Assembly (NCBI GenBank): GCA_964511065.1
Contig: CAZEEG010000008.1
Span: 16,091 to 80,090, forward strand
Source: an uncultured Pirellulales bacterium
GTDB taxonomy: Bacteria; Planctomycetota; Planctomycetia; Pirellulales; S012-138
Length of the DNA stretch: 64,000 nt
Reading direction: 5' to 3'
Made by a program: the position numbers and the translations under genes. Positions 31,532-40,971 of the stretch are shown here, in pieces. The stretch's first letter is position 1. The number at the start of each line of letters is the position of its first letter. The notes under the pieces are model-generated. The model saw nothing but the letters and a program-made list of their open reading frames with translations. It did no database searches and was not told the DNA's origin.

Positions 31532-33172
31532 ATGGCAGCCTCAATCCTCTTGGCGCAAGTGGAACCTTGGATGGCATGGACCGTTGGCGGGCTCGTGCTT
31601 GGGTTCATCGTCGTAGCCGGCTTTGCGATGCTCATTGCTAACTGCGTTAAGCGCTGCCCCAGCAATCGCGTGCTGGTTATTTACGGAAAGACATTCACCC
31701 GGGGAAACGTCGCCAAGACCGTTCACGGCGGGGCGGCATTCGTGGTGCCGCTGATCCAGGGTTACGAGTACCTCAGCCTGGAACCGCTCCAGATCGAGAT
31801 TCCGCTCCGCGGCGCGCTCTCGTCCGAAAATATCCGCGTTAACGTGCCCAGCGTGTTCACGGTCGCCGTGGGCGCTGAGCCGGAAGTCATGGCCAACGCC
31901 GCGATCCGTCTGCTGGGCCTGGGCGTGAACGATGTCCGCAAGTTGGCCGAGGAAATCATTTTCGGCCAGTTACGGCAAGTGATCGCTTCGATGGGGATCG
32001 AGGAAATCAACCGCGATCGCGACACCTTCCTGGAACACATCCAGCAGTCACTTGAGCCCGAACTGAACAAGGTCGGCCTGGTGCTGATCAACGTGAACAT
32101 TACGGACATCACCGACGAGTCGGGCTATATCGACGCCATCGGCCAGAAGGCCGCGTCGCACGCCATCCAGAAGGCGCGTGCCGACGTGGCCGAGAACGAG
32201 CAGATGGGCGAAACCAAGGTCGCCGCCGCCGAGCGCGACAAGTCGATCCAAGTGGCTCTCGCCTACAAAGAGCAGGCAATTGGCACCCGATCAGCCGAGA
32301 AGGAGCAGGCGGTGCAAATCGCCCAGCTTCAAAGGGACCAGACCATCGGCGAGCAGAAGGCCGCTTTCGAGCGTGAAGCGGAAGTGAAAGCTGAGGAACG
32401 CGACAAGCGTATCCGCGTGGCCGCGGCCGATGCCGAAGCCATCACCGGCGAAAACGAAGCCCAGGCCCGCATCGCGGCCTCGCAAGCCGAACTGGCCGTC
32501 AAACGGGCGGAAGCATATGAGTTGGGCGAAGGCCGGAAGCGCGAGGCGGAAGCCGCCGTGCTGGAGACGCAGAACCGCGCCCTGGCCAAGACCGCGTTGG
32601 CTCAAGCCGAGCGGATCGAAGCCGAGAAGCGGGCCGAACTGGAGGCCCCCGCCAAGGCCGAGAAAGCACGCATCATCGTCGCCGCCGAAGCCGAGGCGGA
32701 GCGCAAACGGATCGACGCCCAGGCCGAAGCCGACGCCATCTTCGCCAAGCTTGAAGCGGAAGCACGCGGCCAATACGAAATCCTCGCCAAGAAGGGTGAA
32801 GGGTTGCGGGCCATTGTCCAGTCGTGCGGCAGCGCCAAGGAAGCGTTCCAACTGTTGTTGCTGGAGCACCTGGATACGCTCGCGGAAACCTCGGCCAAGG
32901 CCATCTCCAACATCAAGTTCGACAAGGTGGTGGTTTGGGAGAACGGCACCGCCAACGGCCACAACAGCACCACCGGATTCCTCAACAACATGGCCCGTAC
33001 CTTGCCCCCCATGATGCAAGTCATGAAGGACATCGGCGGTGTGGAGTTCCCCGAATCACTGATCAAGTTCAGCGAAGAAGAGGAACCCGTCGCCTCGGCC
33101 GGCCACCGGGCAGCCCCGGAAGTGGTCCCCAACGGCGGCAGCACCGTTGAAAGCAACACCGTCGAGAATTGA
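31532..33172 (+). CDS. Flotillin / SPFH (band 7) family protein with long E/A-rich coiled-coil (YqiK/FloT-like)
   Basis: N-terminal TM, then an SPFH domain (VLVIYGKTF...GGAAFVVPLIQGYEYLSLEPLQIEI). A long EA-repeat coiled-coil follows (AEAEAERKRIDAQAEADAIFAKLEAEA). Confidence 0.85.
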   Translation: MAASILLAQVEPWMAWTVGGLVLGFIVVAGFAMLIANCVKRCPSNRVLVIYGKTFTRGNVAKTVHGGAAFVVPLIQGYEYLSLEPLQIEIPLRGALSSENIRVNVPSVFTVAVGAEPEVMANAAIRLLGLGVNDVRKLAEEIIFGQLRQVIASMGIEEINRDRDTFLEHIQQSLEPELNKVGLVLINVNITDITDESGYIDAIGQKAASHAIQKARADVAENEQMGETKVAAAERDKSIQVALAYKEQAIGTRSAEKEQAVQIAQLQRDQTIGEQKAAFEREAEVKAEERDKRIRVAAADAEAITGENEAQARIAASQAELAVKRAEAYELGEGRKREAEAAVLETQNRALAKTALAQAERIEAEKRAELEAPAKAEKARIIVAAEAEAERKRIDAQAEADAIFAKLEAEARGQYEILAKKGEGLRAIVQSCGSAKEAFQLLLLEHLDTLAETSAKAISNIKFDKVVVWENGTANGHNSTTGFLNNMARTLPPMMQVMKDIGGVEFPESLIKFSEEEEPVASAGHRAAPEVVPNGGSTVESNTVEN

Positions 33173-33493
33173 GGGGGTGCCACGCCAAGGGGGAATCGCC
33201 TGGGGTGAGCCGCGTAGACCAGGCGGTTTGGGGGGGCCGTGCCCACCTGCGTTGCCTTTATTAGTCCGGCCATTCCCGGCACGCGGATTGCAAACCATGG
33301 TGACTGCTTGCCATGATGGCGGGCGTGGCCCCCACTGTCTGCCGCAGTGCTGTCAGTCGTGGAGCGGGCGGCGGAATGGATGCCGGCGCGTTGATGGCAG
33401 CCACCAAGAGGGGGTAATCAGCTTCTTGCCGACGCATTTCGCCCACGATAGACTGACAGTCAGTTGATTCGCTACTCGATTGAGGACGAGAGT

Positions 33494-33658
33494 ATGACCA
33501 CCCAACTGGCCCAGGACCAGCATTACGCGGCGCCCTCGCTGCCAGAATCCCCCTCGACTCCAACCCGCGAAGATGCCATTCGCAGCATCTTGGCCGACAG
33601 CCAGCGCGCCCCTCGCACCTTCTTGAACGAGGTGGTTGTCCCCTACGGTGGCGAATAG
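33494..33658 (+). CDS. pup: Prokaryotic ubiquitin-like protein (Pup)-like small protein, 54 aa, C-terminal GGE
   Basis: MTTQLAQDQHYAAPSLPESPSTPTREDAIRSILADSQRAPRTFLNEVVVPYGGE is predicted disordered and ends in F-L-x-E-V-V-x-x-Y-GGE (compare M. tuberculosis Pup ...FVRAYVQKGGQ). It lies immediately upstream of a PafA/Dop homologue and overlaps it. Confidence 0.6.
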   Translation: MTTQLAQDQHYAAPSLPESPSTPTREDAIRSILADSQRAPRTFLNEVVVPYGGE

Positions 33659-35366
33659 CGTACACCCGCTTCGGCGGTTAGCAGGTCTCGAAACCGAATA
33701 TGCGATCCGCATTCCGTCATCCGCGGCTTCGCCCCGCTCGCATTACGAACTGTACGAGTGCCTGATCCCGGCACTCCGGATGCGAATCCCGCTAGCCGAC
33801 GCGGCCCTGGACAAGATGGGCCACTTCCTGGCCAACGGCGGGGCCGTGTGGTTCGAAATGGTCCGCCTGACCGGCGAATTTGGGCTGATCGAAGGTTCCA
33901 CGCCCGAGTGCCGCGGCCCCCGCCAACTGCTCACCTACCAGCGGGCGCAGGATCGACTGTTCGCCGCATCGGCGGCCGATGCCAAGCCCCGCCCTTTTGC
34001 GCTGCTCAAGAATTGCCGGGATAGCGTCGGCAATTATTACGGGGCGCAGGAAAACTACGAGTTCCCCATCGCCTCGGGCGTGCGGTTGGCCATCTGGCGG
34101 GTGGGGCTGGTACTGCTGGCCCCCTTGATCCCGTTGACCTGGATCGGCCTGCTGGCCCGGGTGCTGCTGTATATCGTCATCCTGCTGATTTACATTGTCG
34201 TCAGCCATCTCGCGTTCTTGCTGCTGCTGCCGTTCATGCGCGACAGGATTCCGCTCCGGCGGTGGCTGTTCGACGGCCTGTTGACCGCGCAGGGCACACC
34301 CATCGAAAACGGGATCGAAAGCGCGCTCAACATGCTGGCTCTGCTGGTCTGCTTCCCGTTGGCCAGCAGCATGTACCTGCTGCTGCGTTTCACGGCGTTT
34401 GTCGGAGTGCGCAAGCAACTGACCGCCTTTCTCGTCTCGCGGTCGATCTTTGCCGGGGCCGGCACGCTCGACGATAACGGCGAGTTCCACGTGGCCGAAA
34501 AAGCGCACGGGCTGAACTGCCTGACCGGCCTGGGCGGCTTCATCGACGATCGGCCCGTCTATACCTTCGGGCATTTCCTCAAGGCGGCCTTGAGCGAAGC
34601 CTGGAATCTGCATCGTCGTTACGTGCGTTTGTTTCGCCGGAGGCAGCGTCTGCAGATCGCCCTGGGCGACTCAAACATGGCGCAGACGGCCGAGTTCCTT
34701 CGCATCGGCACTACGATGCTCGTGTTGGACATGCTGGAGGACGGCGCCCTGGCCGATGCGCCACGGTTGCGCCGCCCGCTGGCCGCCCTAAAGACATTTG
34801 CGGCCGATCCGGGCTTGCGGGAGCACGTCGAGATGCTTGATGGAACCCGCCGCACGGCCCTGGAAATTCAGCAATGGTACCTCGATGCCGCCAAAGCGTG
34901 GCTGGCCAGGCGACCATGGCACGAGGAGGCCAGCGAGATCGTCGAGCTTTGGGAACAAACGCTCGAAATGCTGGCCGGCAACCAGGAACCGTTGGTCGGC
35001 CGCATCGACTGGATCACCAAGCGATTCCTGATGGAGCAAGCCGGGAATGACGCATCGTTCGCAGTGAAGAAAAAGATCGACCTCAAGTACCACCAACTCG
35101 GCCCGGACGGATACTACGCCCAGCTCGAGGCCTGCGGTGCCACTCCGGTCCTGGTCCCCGCTGAAGAAATCGACCGCGCCGCCCGCACGCCGCCGCCAGG
35201 ATCACCTGCCTCCGCAAGGGGCCGTTTCATCCGGGAGTTTGCGGGCGAAGGCCTCGCGGTGAACTGGGATTTTGTGCTGCTGCGCCGCCGCTTCCGCACC
35301 CAGATCATCGACCTGGACCACTACTTCCACCAGCAACCCCCGCAGGAAGAAGCGGCATCGAAGTAG
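33636..35366 (+). CDS. PafA/Dop-family Pup ligase/deamidase homologue (carboxylate-amine ligase fold) with an inserted three-helix transmembrane segment
   Basis: It matches M. tuberculosis PafA across the whole length: GLETEYAIR vs [27 protein letters not shown] vs [34 protein letters not shown] vs [44 protein letters not shown] vs [41 protein letters not shown] vs [20 protein letters not shown]...[17 protein letters not shown] vs LDLAYHDI...PPQTTRARLRGEFI. An ~110-aa hydrophobic insertion (residues ~148-256) sits between the ENYEF and FLVSRS motifs. It uses a non-ATG start (TTG 33636 or GTG 33648). Confidence 0.8.
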   Translation: [576 protein letters not shown]

Positions 35367-35598
35367 TCGGCTCGTGTGCCGCAAAAGGGAAGCGGCCAAA
35401 CACGCGGCAACGCTCAGCCTTCAGGACTGGCGCCGGACGCTCTTTGCCGTTCTTCCAGGCGCGCGGTACGCATCGTGCAAAGCTCGTCGACATCGGCATC
35501 GTTGAAGCTCGAGGCGATCACAACGGGGCTACTTCTTGTTGGAGCCAATGACCACGGAACTGGCCGAGTGGTCCATGTCGTACCCCGGTATGGCTGGC

Positions 35599-37590
35599 CT
35601 ACAGGCTACGCAGGAACGCCAGCAGGCGGCGCAGTTCCTCGTCGCTCAGCGGCTCCTCAAGCTGATGGCGGAATTTGATCAGCACATCTTCCAGTGATTT
35701 GGCTCGCCCGTCGTGAAACAGCGGCCCCCTTTGGCTCACCCCGCGCAGGGAAGGCGGGTTGTAAAGGCGATTGCCGAGCTTGTCGGCCAGCCCCACATCG
35801 TATGCCCCCTCGGATGTGTAATGCGGCGGCTGGTGACAGTTGACGCAGCCCCGCGCTTCGAAAATCTGCCTGCCAGCCGCCACGGCGGTTTCGTTCACTT
35901 CGTCGCGGGCGACCGATAGCGACGGCGGCGGTTCAATCGTTTTGAGATACGCGACCAACGCGGCAATGTCGTCATCGGGCAGCGGTTGCCCTTGCATGGT
36001 GCTTTGCACGGAGACGCGTACTTGGGCAGCGAGGTCGGTTTGCAGTCCGTTCCAGGCCCAGGGACCGGTTTGGCCGACGGCCCCCAGCGGCAAGATGCGC
36101 TTGGCGTCGCCAAAGGACTGGTCGCTCAGATTGTCGGTCAGGTGACCGGTGGTATGCCCATCGGTGTGGCAACTGTGGCAACTGAACCAGCCATCGAGGG
36201 CCAGCCGTGCGTCGTAAAACAAGCGTTCGCCCCGCTCCACTTCACTGGGCTGCGGCCGGCGTCCCGGCACCAGCACCCGCTCGACCTTGCCCTGGGCAAG
36301 ATCAATCACGCTCAACGTATCGTCAAACGTATTGGCGACGACAGCCGAGGTGCCGTCGGCGGTGACGGCCGTGGCGGATGGCCGCTGGCCCACGTGGACG
36401 CGGCGCAAGGTGAAATCCGACTCGAAGCCGATGCCGACTTCGTTCACGCCGGCCAAAGCCACGATAGCGCGGCCATCGGTCGTAACGGCAACTTCGGCCG
36501 GGTCGCCGCCGGCCGACGTGTTATCGCCCGTTAAGTGCGAATGGCTGCCGGCCAGGATCGTCTTTTCGGGATCGAGGATGCTCGACAGCGGAATCCAGCG
36601 GAGCACGTTTGTCATCAGCACGCCCCAATGAACGTCGTTGTGACTGGTTTCCGCCAGGTCGTTCAGAATCTGGTGGGAGATCAGCACCCGGTTGCCATCG
36701 GCGGTCAGCGCCATGCCTCGGATGTTATGCGCGGGCAATTGCCGTACGGTTTCCAGCGTGGCGCGTGCCGTGTCGAAGATGCCCAGGCTGCCGCCGAAGG
36801 CATCGGCCACAATCATCCGGCGGCCGTCTTCGACCAGCAGGAGCCTCCGCGGCGCATAGGGCAGGTCGATCACCTTGGTGAGTCGGAGTGGCTGCGTCTC
36901 GCACCCTGGCTGTACGTCGAGAACGGACAACCGGCGAGACCAGAGCGATGCCACGTAGGCCGTGCCGCGTGCCGGATCAACTGCCAGACCTACCGGCGTG
37001 TGCGGCACCTTCAGCCTTTGGGCAACGCGAAAGCCCGACTGCGTGCGCTCGATGAGCAAAACGGTATGCGCGGCCTCGTCGGCAGCCAGCAGCCAGCGGT
37101 CGCCGTCCCAGGCCACTAACTGGCTCAAGCGGCGTCCCACGGTCGATTCGTGATAAACGTGGCCGGACGTTCGATCGACTTCCATGATTGAACCAGCGGC
37201 CGCATGGGCCACAACGATGCGGCGATCGCCATCAACCAGAACAATGGATATCGGATCGCGGCGCACGGCGGGTAGCGCATCGTCGGCGTCGCCTTTTGCC
37301 CCCGGTTGAACCGCGCCTGGGCCGACACGCGGAATCGCCTGATTCGCCGCGGCGGCGCCACCATACTCGTAATCTTCGGCCGCCGCCGTACCGACCCCCA
37401 GTGCCATGACCAGGGCGGTCACCACCCACGACAGCGGCCCATACCAGGCCGCAAGGCGCCGCCCCTTTGTCGTCCGATATTCGAAGGCGCCGCGGGTTTG
37501 CCGGCGGCACACGTGGGGATCGGGCAACGCAGCGTGCAGTGACGCGGATTGCGGCTGACACTTCCGAGGGGCAATTCGTCCGCGAGGCAT
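35599..37590 (-). CDS. Di-heme cytochrome c peroxidase/MauG-like domain fused to an N-terminal beta-propeller. Secreted or anchored.
   Basis: ORF to 37644. It has an N-terminal hydrophobic anchor, YVTN-like beta-propeller repeats, then two CxxCH motifs (CHSCH, CVNCH) about 110 aa apart. The C-terminus reads GPLFHDGRAKSLEDV, typical of the CCP family. Confidence 0.7.
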   Translation of the reverse strand: MPRGRIAPRKCQPQSASLHAALPDPHVCRRQTRGAFEYRTTKGRRLAAWYGPLSWVVTALVMALGVGTAAAEDYEYGGAAAANQAIPRVGPGAVQPGAKGDADDALPAVRRDPISIVLVDGDRRIVVAHAAAGSIMEVDRTSGHVYHESTVGRRLSQLVAWDGDRWLLAADEAAHTVLLIERTQSGFRVAQRLKVPHTPVGLAVDPARGTAYVASLWSRRLSVLDVQPGCETQPLRLTKVIDLPYAPRRLLLVEDGRRMIVADAFGGSLGIFDTARATLETVRQLPAHNIRGMALTADGNRVLISHQILNDLAETSHNDVHWGVLMTNVLRWIPLSSILDPEKTILAGSHSHLTGDNTSAGGDPAEVAVTTDGRAIVALAGVNEVGIGFESDFTLRRVHVGQRPSATAVTADGTSAVVANTFDDTLSVIDLAQGKVERVLVPGRRPQPSEVERGERLFYDARLALDGWFSCHSCHTDGHTTGHLTDNLSDQSFGDAKRILPLGAVGQTGPWAWNGLQTDLAAQVRVSVQSTMQGQPLPDDDIAALVAYLKTIEPPPSLSVARDEVNETAVAAGRQIFEARGCVNCHQPPHYTSEGAYDVGLADKLGNRLYNPPSLRGVSQRGPLFHDGRAKSLEDVLIKFRHQLEEPLSDEELRRLLAFLRSL

Positions 37591-38292
37591 GGTCGATTCC
37601 TCAGCGCGGCAGGTGGGCAACGCGGGCGGGGATTCATCCATCAATCTTGATGGCTACTACGACCAGAATAGAGAACCGGCCCCAGGCGGTCAATTTGAAC
37701 TGCCCCGCCGCCGATCGCGGCAAGCAAGAATGCTTTGCGAAGCCGGCTATTTCCATCCATGATGCAGCTTGATCCGCCCCCTCAATGAGCTGCCCAGGTA
37801 TCAATCATCTATCAATCATCGCTGGGACTGGCCGCGACGATCAGCTTGCCGGTTCGGCCGCAGCGTTCGTTTGTCGGCCGCAGCGCATCTCTGACACGCC
37901 CCATTTCTGACATGCGCCTTAGAAGGTCGCCATCATGAGCACGATCCGGCCGCTTCACGATTCTTCCGAGATCATACACTGAGGCGCCCATCCCTTTTGT
38001 CTTCAGCCAGGCGGCGAGCGCCCCCTGGGGACCATTGCCAACGAACCTCATGTCGCGATTAGCCGGCGTGGTTTCTTGCAACAGGTGGGCACCTGCGCCT
38101 CAGCGGTACTGGCGCTGTTGGCTGATTCCAAACTTTCTGCTGCGGAACCAGAACGGCCCCCGGCCTACGCTTTGCTGCGCTGCGAACTGATGAAACGGTA
38201 ATCGCCAGTCCGCCGTGCCGGGGTGTGGACGTTAGCCGCTGCGAGCCGGATGCCGCACGTGCCTAGCCGACGGCGAACGTTGACGCCCGTGG

Positions 38293-39387
38293 TTATCGCA
38301 GGTCGCGCATGAAGCGAAGGAACTGTGCATCCAAGTGCCGCAGGTTGTTGCCAAAGATCGCTGTAAAATCGGCCAGTCGGTCCTGCGACGGGTACGACTG
38401 GAAATCAGGCCGGGCGGCGACCTTGGCCAGGTATCGCGCGTACTCACGCGGCCGCGTCTCCGAGAGGAAGAACGTCAACGCCCAGGCTTCCGCGTAGGCA
38501 TTTTGCACAGATTGGCGAAAGGGCTGATCGCCTGCAATCAACTCCACCAGGGCATCTTCGCCACGGCCACGTTGCATGTATTGGCGGAAATCGGCCAACC
38601 GCTGCTGATTGATCCGTTCCGATTGCGGCCCGCCAGCGCGGCCGGTCCACACGCCGCGAGACTCAAACAGCATGCCGAGTCCCTCGGCCACCCAGCGAGG
38701 TGTGACACCGAAGCGATTGTGGATGCCGGTATTGAACGCCGTTTGATGAGTGGCTTCGTGGATGATGGTTTCGGCGTTTACGTGCCAGTTGGCGTCCTGG
38801 CCTCCCGCGGCATCGTACAGCAGCACCCGATTGGTCGCTGGCATGTAGAAGCCCAGCGTCGAGGTTGGCGTGCTTGGCGCGTACCGTTGCAAATATCGCA
38901 GGTACTCTTCACGGCTGCCCAGCACCACGGCTACCAAGGGGAACTGCGGTTGTTTAAGCGCGAAGCCGCGCACGCTGAAGTAGCGCTGGAAGCCGCGGAA
39001 CAGTTCGTCGAACCGGCTGGCCCATACCCGGCCTTGTCCTCGCGGATGGACCACCAGGTAAAGCCCGGCGGCCGTCACCTCGTACTCGGGTCCAAACTCC
39101 CGCTCCAGCGATCGCCGCATGGACATCGCGGTATCGGGCTGGAACGTTCGGGTGGTGCGTTCTACCGACACTTCACGGGGATCGAACGTGAACAGAACGC
39201 CGTCGCCGCGCAGCAAAGCAGCGTAGTTATCGCTCCAGACGAGCGGGAGCCCTTCGACGATACCATCTCCTTTGCGCACCTTCACGACCGGCGATGCTGC
39301 CGTGGCGGCCGCGGTGCAGCAGGCGAAGGCCAAAGTGGCCACCAGAATCGCCGCTATAGGGCAATGGGGCCGCCGCACGTGCAACAT
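38293..39387 (-). CDS. DUF1570-like secreted protein with HExxH motif (putative metallopeptidase). Planctomycete-restricted family.
   Basis: ORF to 39441. The signal peptide is AILVATLAFACCTAAATAASP. It contains IIHEATHQTAF. Confidence 0.55.
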   Translation of the reverse strand: MLHVRRPHCPIAAILVATLAFACCTAAATAASPVVKVRKGDGIVEGLPLVWSDNYAALLRGDGVLFTFDPREVSVERTTRTFQPDTAMSMRRSLEREFGPEYEVTAAGLYLVVHPRGQGRVWASRFDELFRGFQRYFSVRGFALKQPQFPLVAVVLGSREEYLRYLQRYAPSTPTSTLGFYMPATNRVLLYDAAGGQDANWHVNAETIIHEATHQTAFNTGIHNRFGVTPRWVAEGLGMLFESRGVWTGRAGGPQSERINQQRLADFRQYMQRGRGEDALVELIAGDQPFRQSVQNAYAEAWALTFFLSETRPREYARYLAKVAARPDFQSYPSQDRLADFTAIFGNNLRHLDAQFLRFMRDLR

Positions 39388-39702
39388 GCCCTGGTCTCCT
39401 GCCGGTGTTAGGTTCGGTGGCGGCAGGCGCGCGGTCTGCATCAGGGTACGCCGCTTTGCCAGCTAGGGAACGCGGCGCCGACCGTGAGCCCACTTTCCTT
39501 CAACCCTAGCATGGAATCGGCAGCAGCGCCGGAGGCGAGGGTACAACTTCCTCGGGCAGCCCCTCAAAGTCAATGAGGCACCCTTGGCCAGCCGCCAAGG
39601 GTGCCTCGCGTGGTTTCCCACGTATGGATATCTGTCTTGTTACCAGTTGCCAACGCACACTTCCCAGCAGCGGGAAGCACACTGGCCAAGCGTACTGGTT
39701 GC

Positions 39703-40971
39703 CTACTGGTAGCTGGTGCCAGGGAGGCTGGCGCTGGTCGTTCCGCCAGTGCCGCCGTAGGGCGAAGCGACCGTAGCACCGGCAGGACTGCCAAAGCGTC
39801 CCGTGCTGCCCGGCGCGTAGTCCGCGCTGCTGCCGGCGGTGAGGGTTGCCGCCGCTGCGGCATCGTAGGGCGCCTGGTATTGTCCCACGGTCATCGGCTT
39901 ATTGTCCGACATGTTACCAGGCTGGTAGCCGGTTTGGCCCAGCGTGCTGGCCTGTTGAGGACTACCGTAAGGACTCGCGGCGCCACTGTTGTATGCAGCA
40001 CCGCTGTTGTATGCCGGTGCGGTTGCTCCCGGGACCGTGGCTGCTCCTTGGGGTGGTGTGGATGGATAACTTCCGCCATAGCCGGGAGCCGTCGTCCCGG
40101 CGGGGCTGCCGTACGGCGACCCAACCGTGGCCCCCGCACCCGATTGATCCCAACCGGTGTTGCCGGCGGGCGGAACCATGCTATTGCGGGCATCGGCAGT
40201 GCTGTAGCCACCAGCGTTCGGCGTGGTGCCATAGGCAGGCACGGTTGCACCGGCCGGGTTATAGGCCGTGTTGCCGTACGCGGTCGCATCATATCCGGCG
40301 GTGCCGTATCCGCTTGTGTCATAACCGCTGGCACCCTGATTGCCGGCCGCATATTCCTGACCATAGCGAGGCTGGAAGCTGGCCGGCGAGGCCGTCGCAC
40401 CAGCGCCGTAGGCGGTGGGGTTGTATGCCGTTGCGGCCGTGCCATACGGATCGCTGGTCATCCCGTAAGCGGCACCCGTCGTGTCGTAACCGGCAGGTGC
40501 GGTGGTGCCAGCGCCGTAGGCGGTGTTCCCTGCGCCGTACGGGGTATTCCCGTATCCGCTCGCGGTTGCGTTGTATCCGCCGGCGCCGGTCGAGGCGTAA
40601 TCGGCTCCGCCGCTGTAGTTGCCGGCGCCGGTCGCCGTGCTGTTGTACCCGTTATACGGCGGTGTGGTGTCGGTCGCGGCGTAGCCGGGCTTGCCCCACG
40701 CATCGGCTCCGGCGCTAGCCGTTTGATTTGTGGAGGCCGACGACCCGCTATCGGTGGACGTGCCAGCCAAGGTGGTCGGCTTGGTCTTGGACGATGGCAA
40801 CTCAACCTTGGAGTCGGCGTAGGTGCTCTTGGGAGCGGCGGCCACGGCCGGTTCGGAAGATTTCTTCTTGCCCCAGGGCCACGACTTCGCCAACCCGTCG
40901 CCACCACGACAACCCGTCATGATGACAATACTCAGACCGACAACGGTCAATCGCGCGATCGGGATTCGCAT
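39703..40971 (-). CDS. Lipoprotein with extended low-complexity Tyr/Gly/Ala/Thr-rich repeats
   Basis: Signal peptide with lipobox (LSIVIMTGC). About 380 aa are dominated by A/G/T/Y/S/P/N with recurring AYG, GYD and TAYG units. The overlapping plus-strand long ORFs are antisense artefacts. Confidence 0.55.
   Translation of the reverse strand: MRIPIARLTVVGLSIVIMTGCRGGDGLAKSWPWGKKKSSEPAVAAAPKSTYADSKVELPSSKTKPTTLAGTSTDSGSSASTNQTASAGADAWGKPGYAATDTTPPYNGYNSTATGAGNYSGGADYASTGAGGYNATASGYGNTPYGAGNTAYGAGTTAPAGYDTTGAAYGMTSDPYGTAATAYNPTAYGAGATASPASFQPRYGQEYAAGNQGASGYDTSGYGTAGYDATAYGNTAYNPAGATVPAYGTTPNAGGYSTADARNSMVPPAGNTGWDQSGAGATVGSPYGSPAGTTAPGYGGSYPSTPPQGAATVPGATAPAYNSGAAYNSGAASPYGSPQQASTLGQTGYQPGNMSDNKPMTVGQYQAPYDAAAAATLTAGSSADYAPGSTGRFGSPAGATVASPYGGTGGTTSASLPGTSYQ

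Noticed and set aside
32291-33282. Several ORFs on both strands within the flotillin EA-repeat region
   Set aside because: They are by-products of the repetitive GAA/GCC-rich coiled-coil coding sequence. The flotillin frame alone has an SPFH domain and a coherent start.
37812-38081. 89-aa minus-strand ORF in the CCP/DUF1570 intergenic region
   Set aside because: It has no support beyond length. It overlaps the Tat-signal fragment on the other strand, which is the more meaningful signal there.
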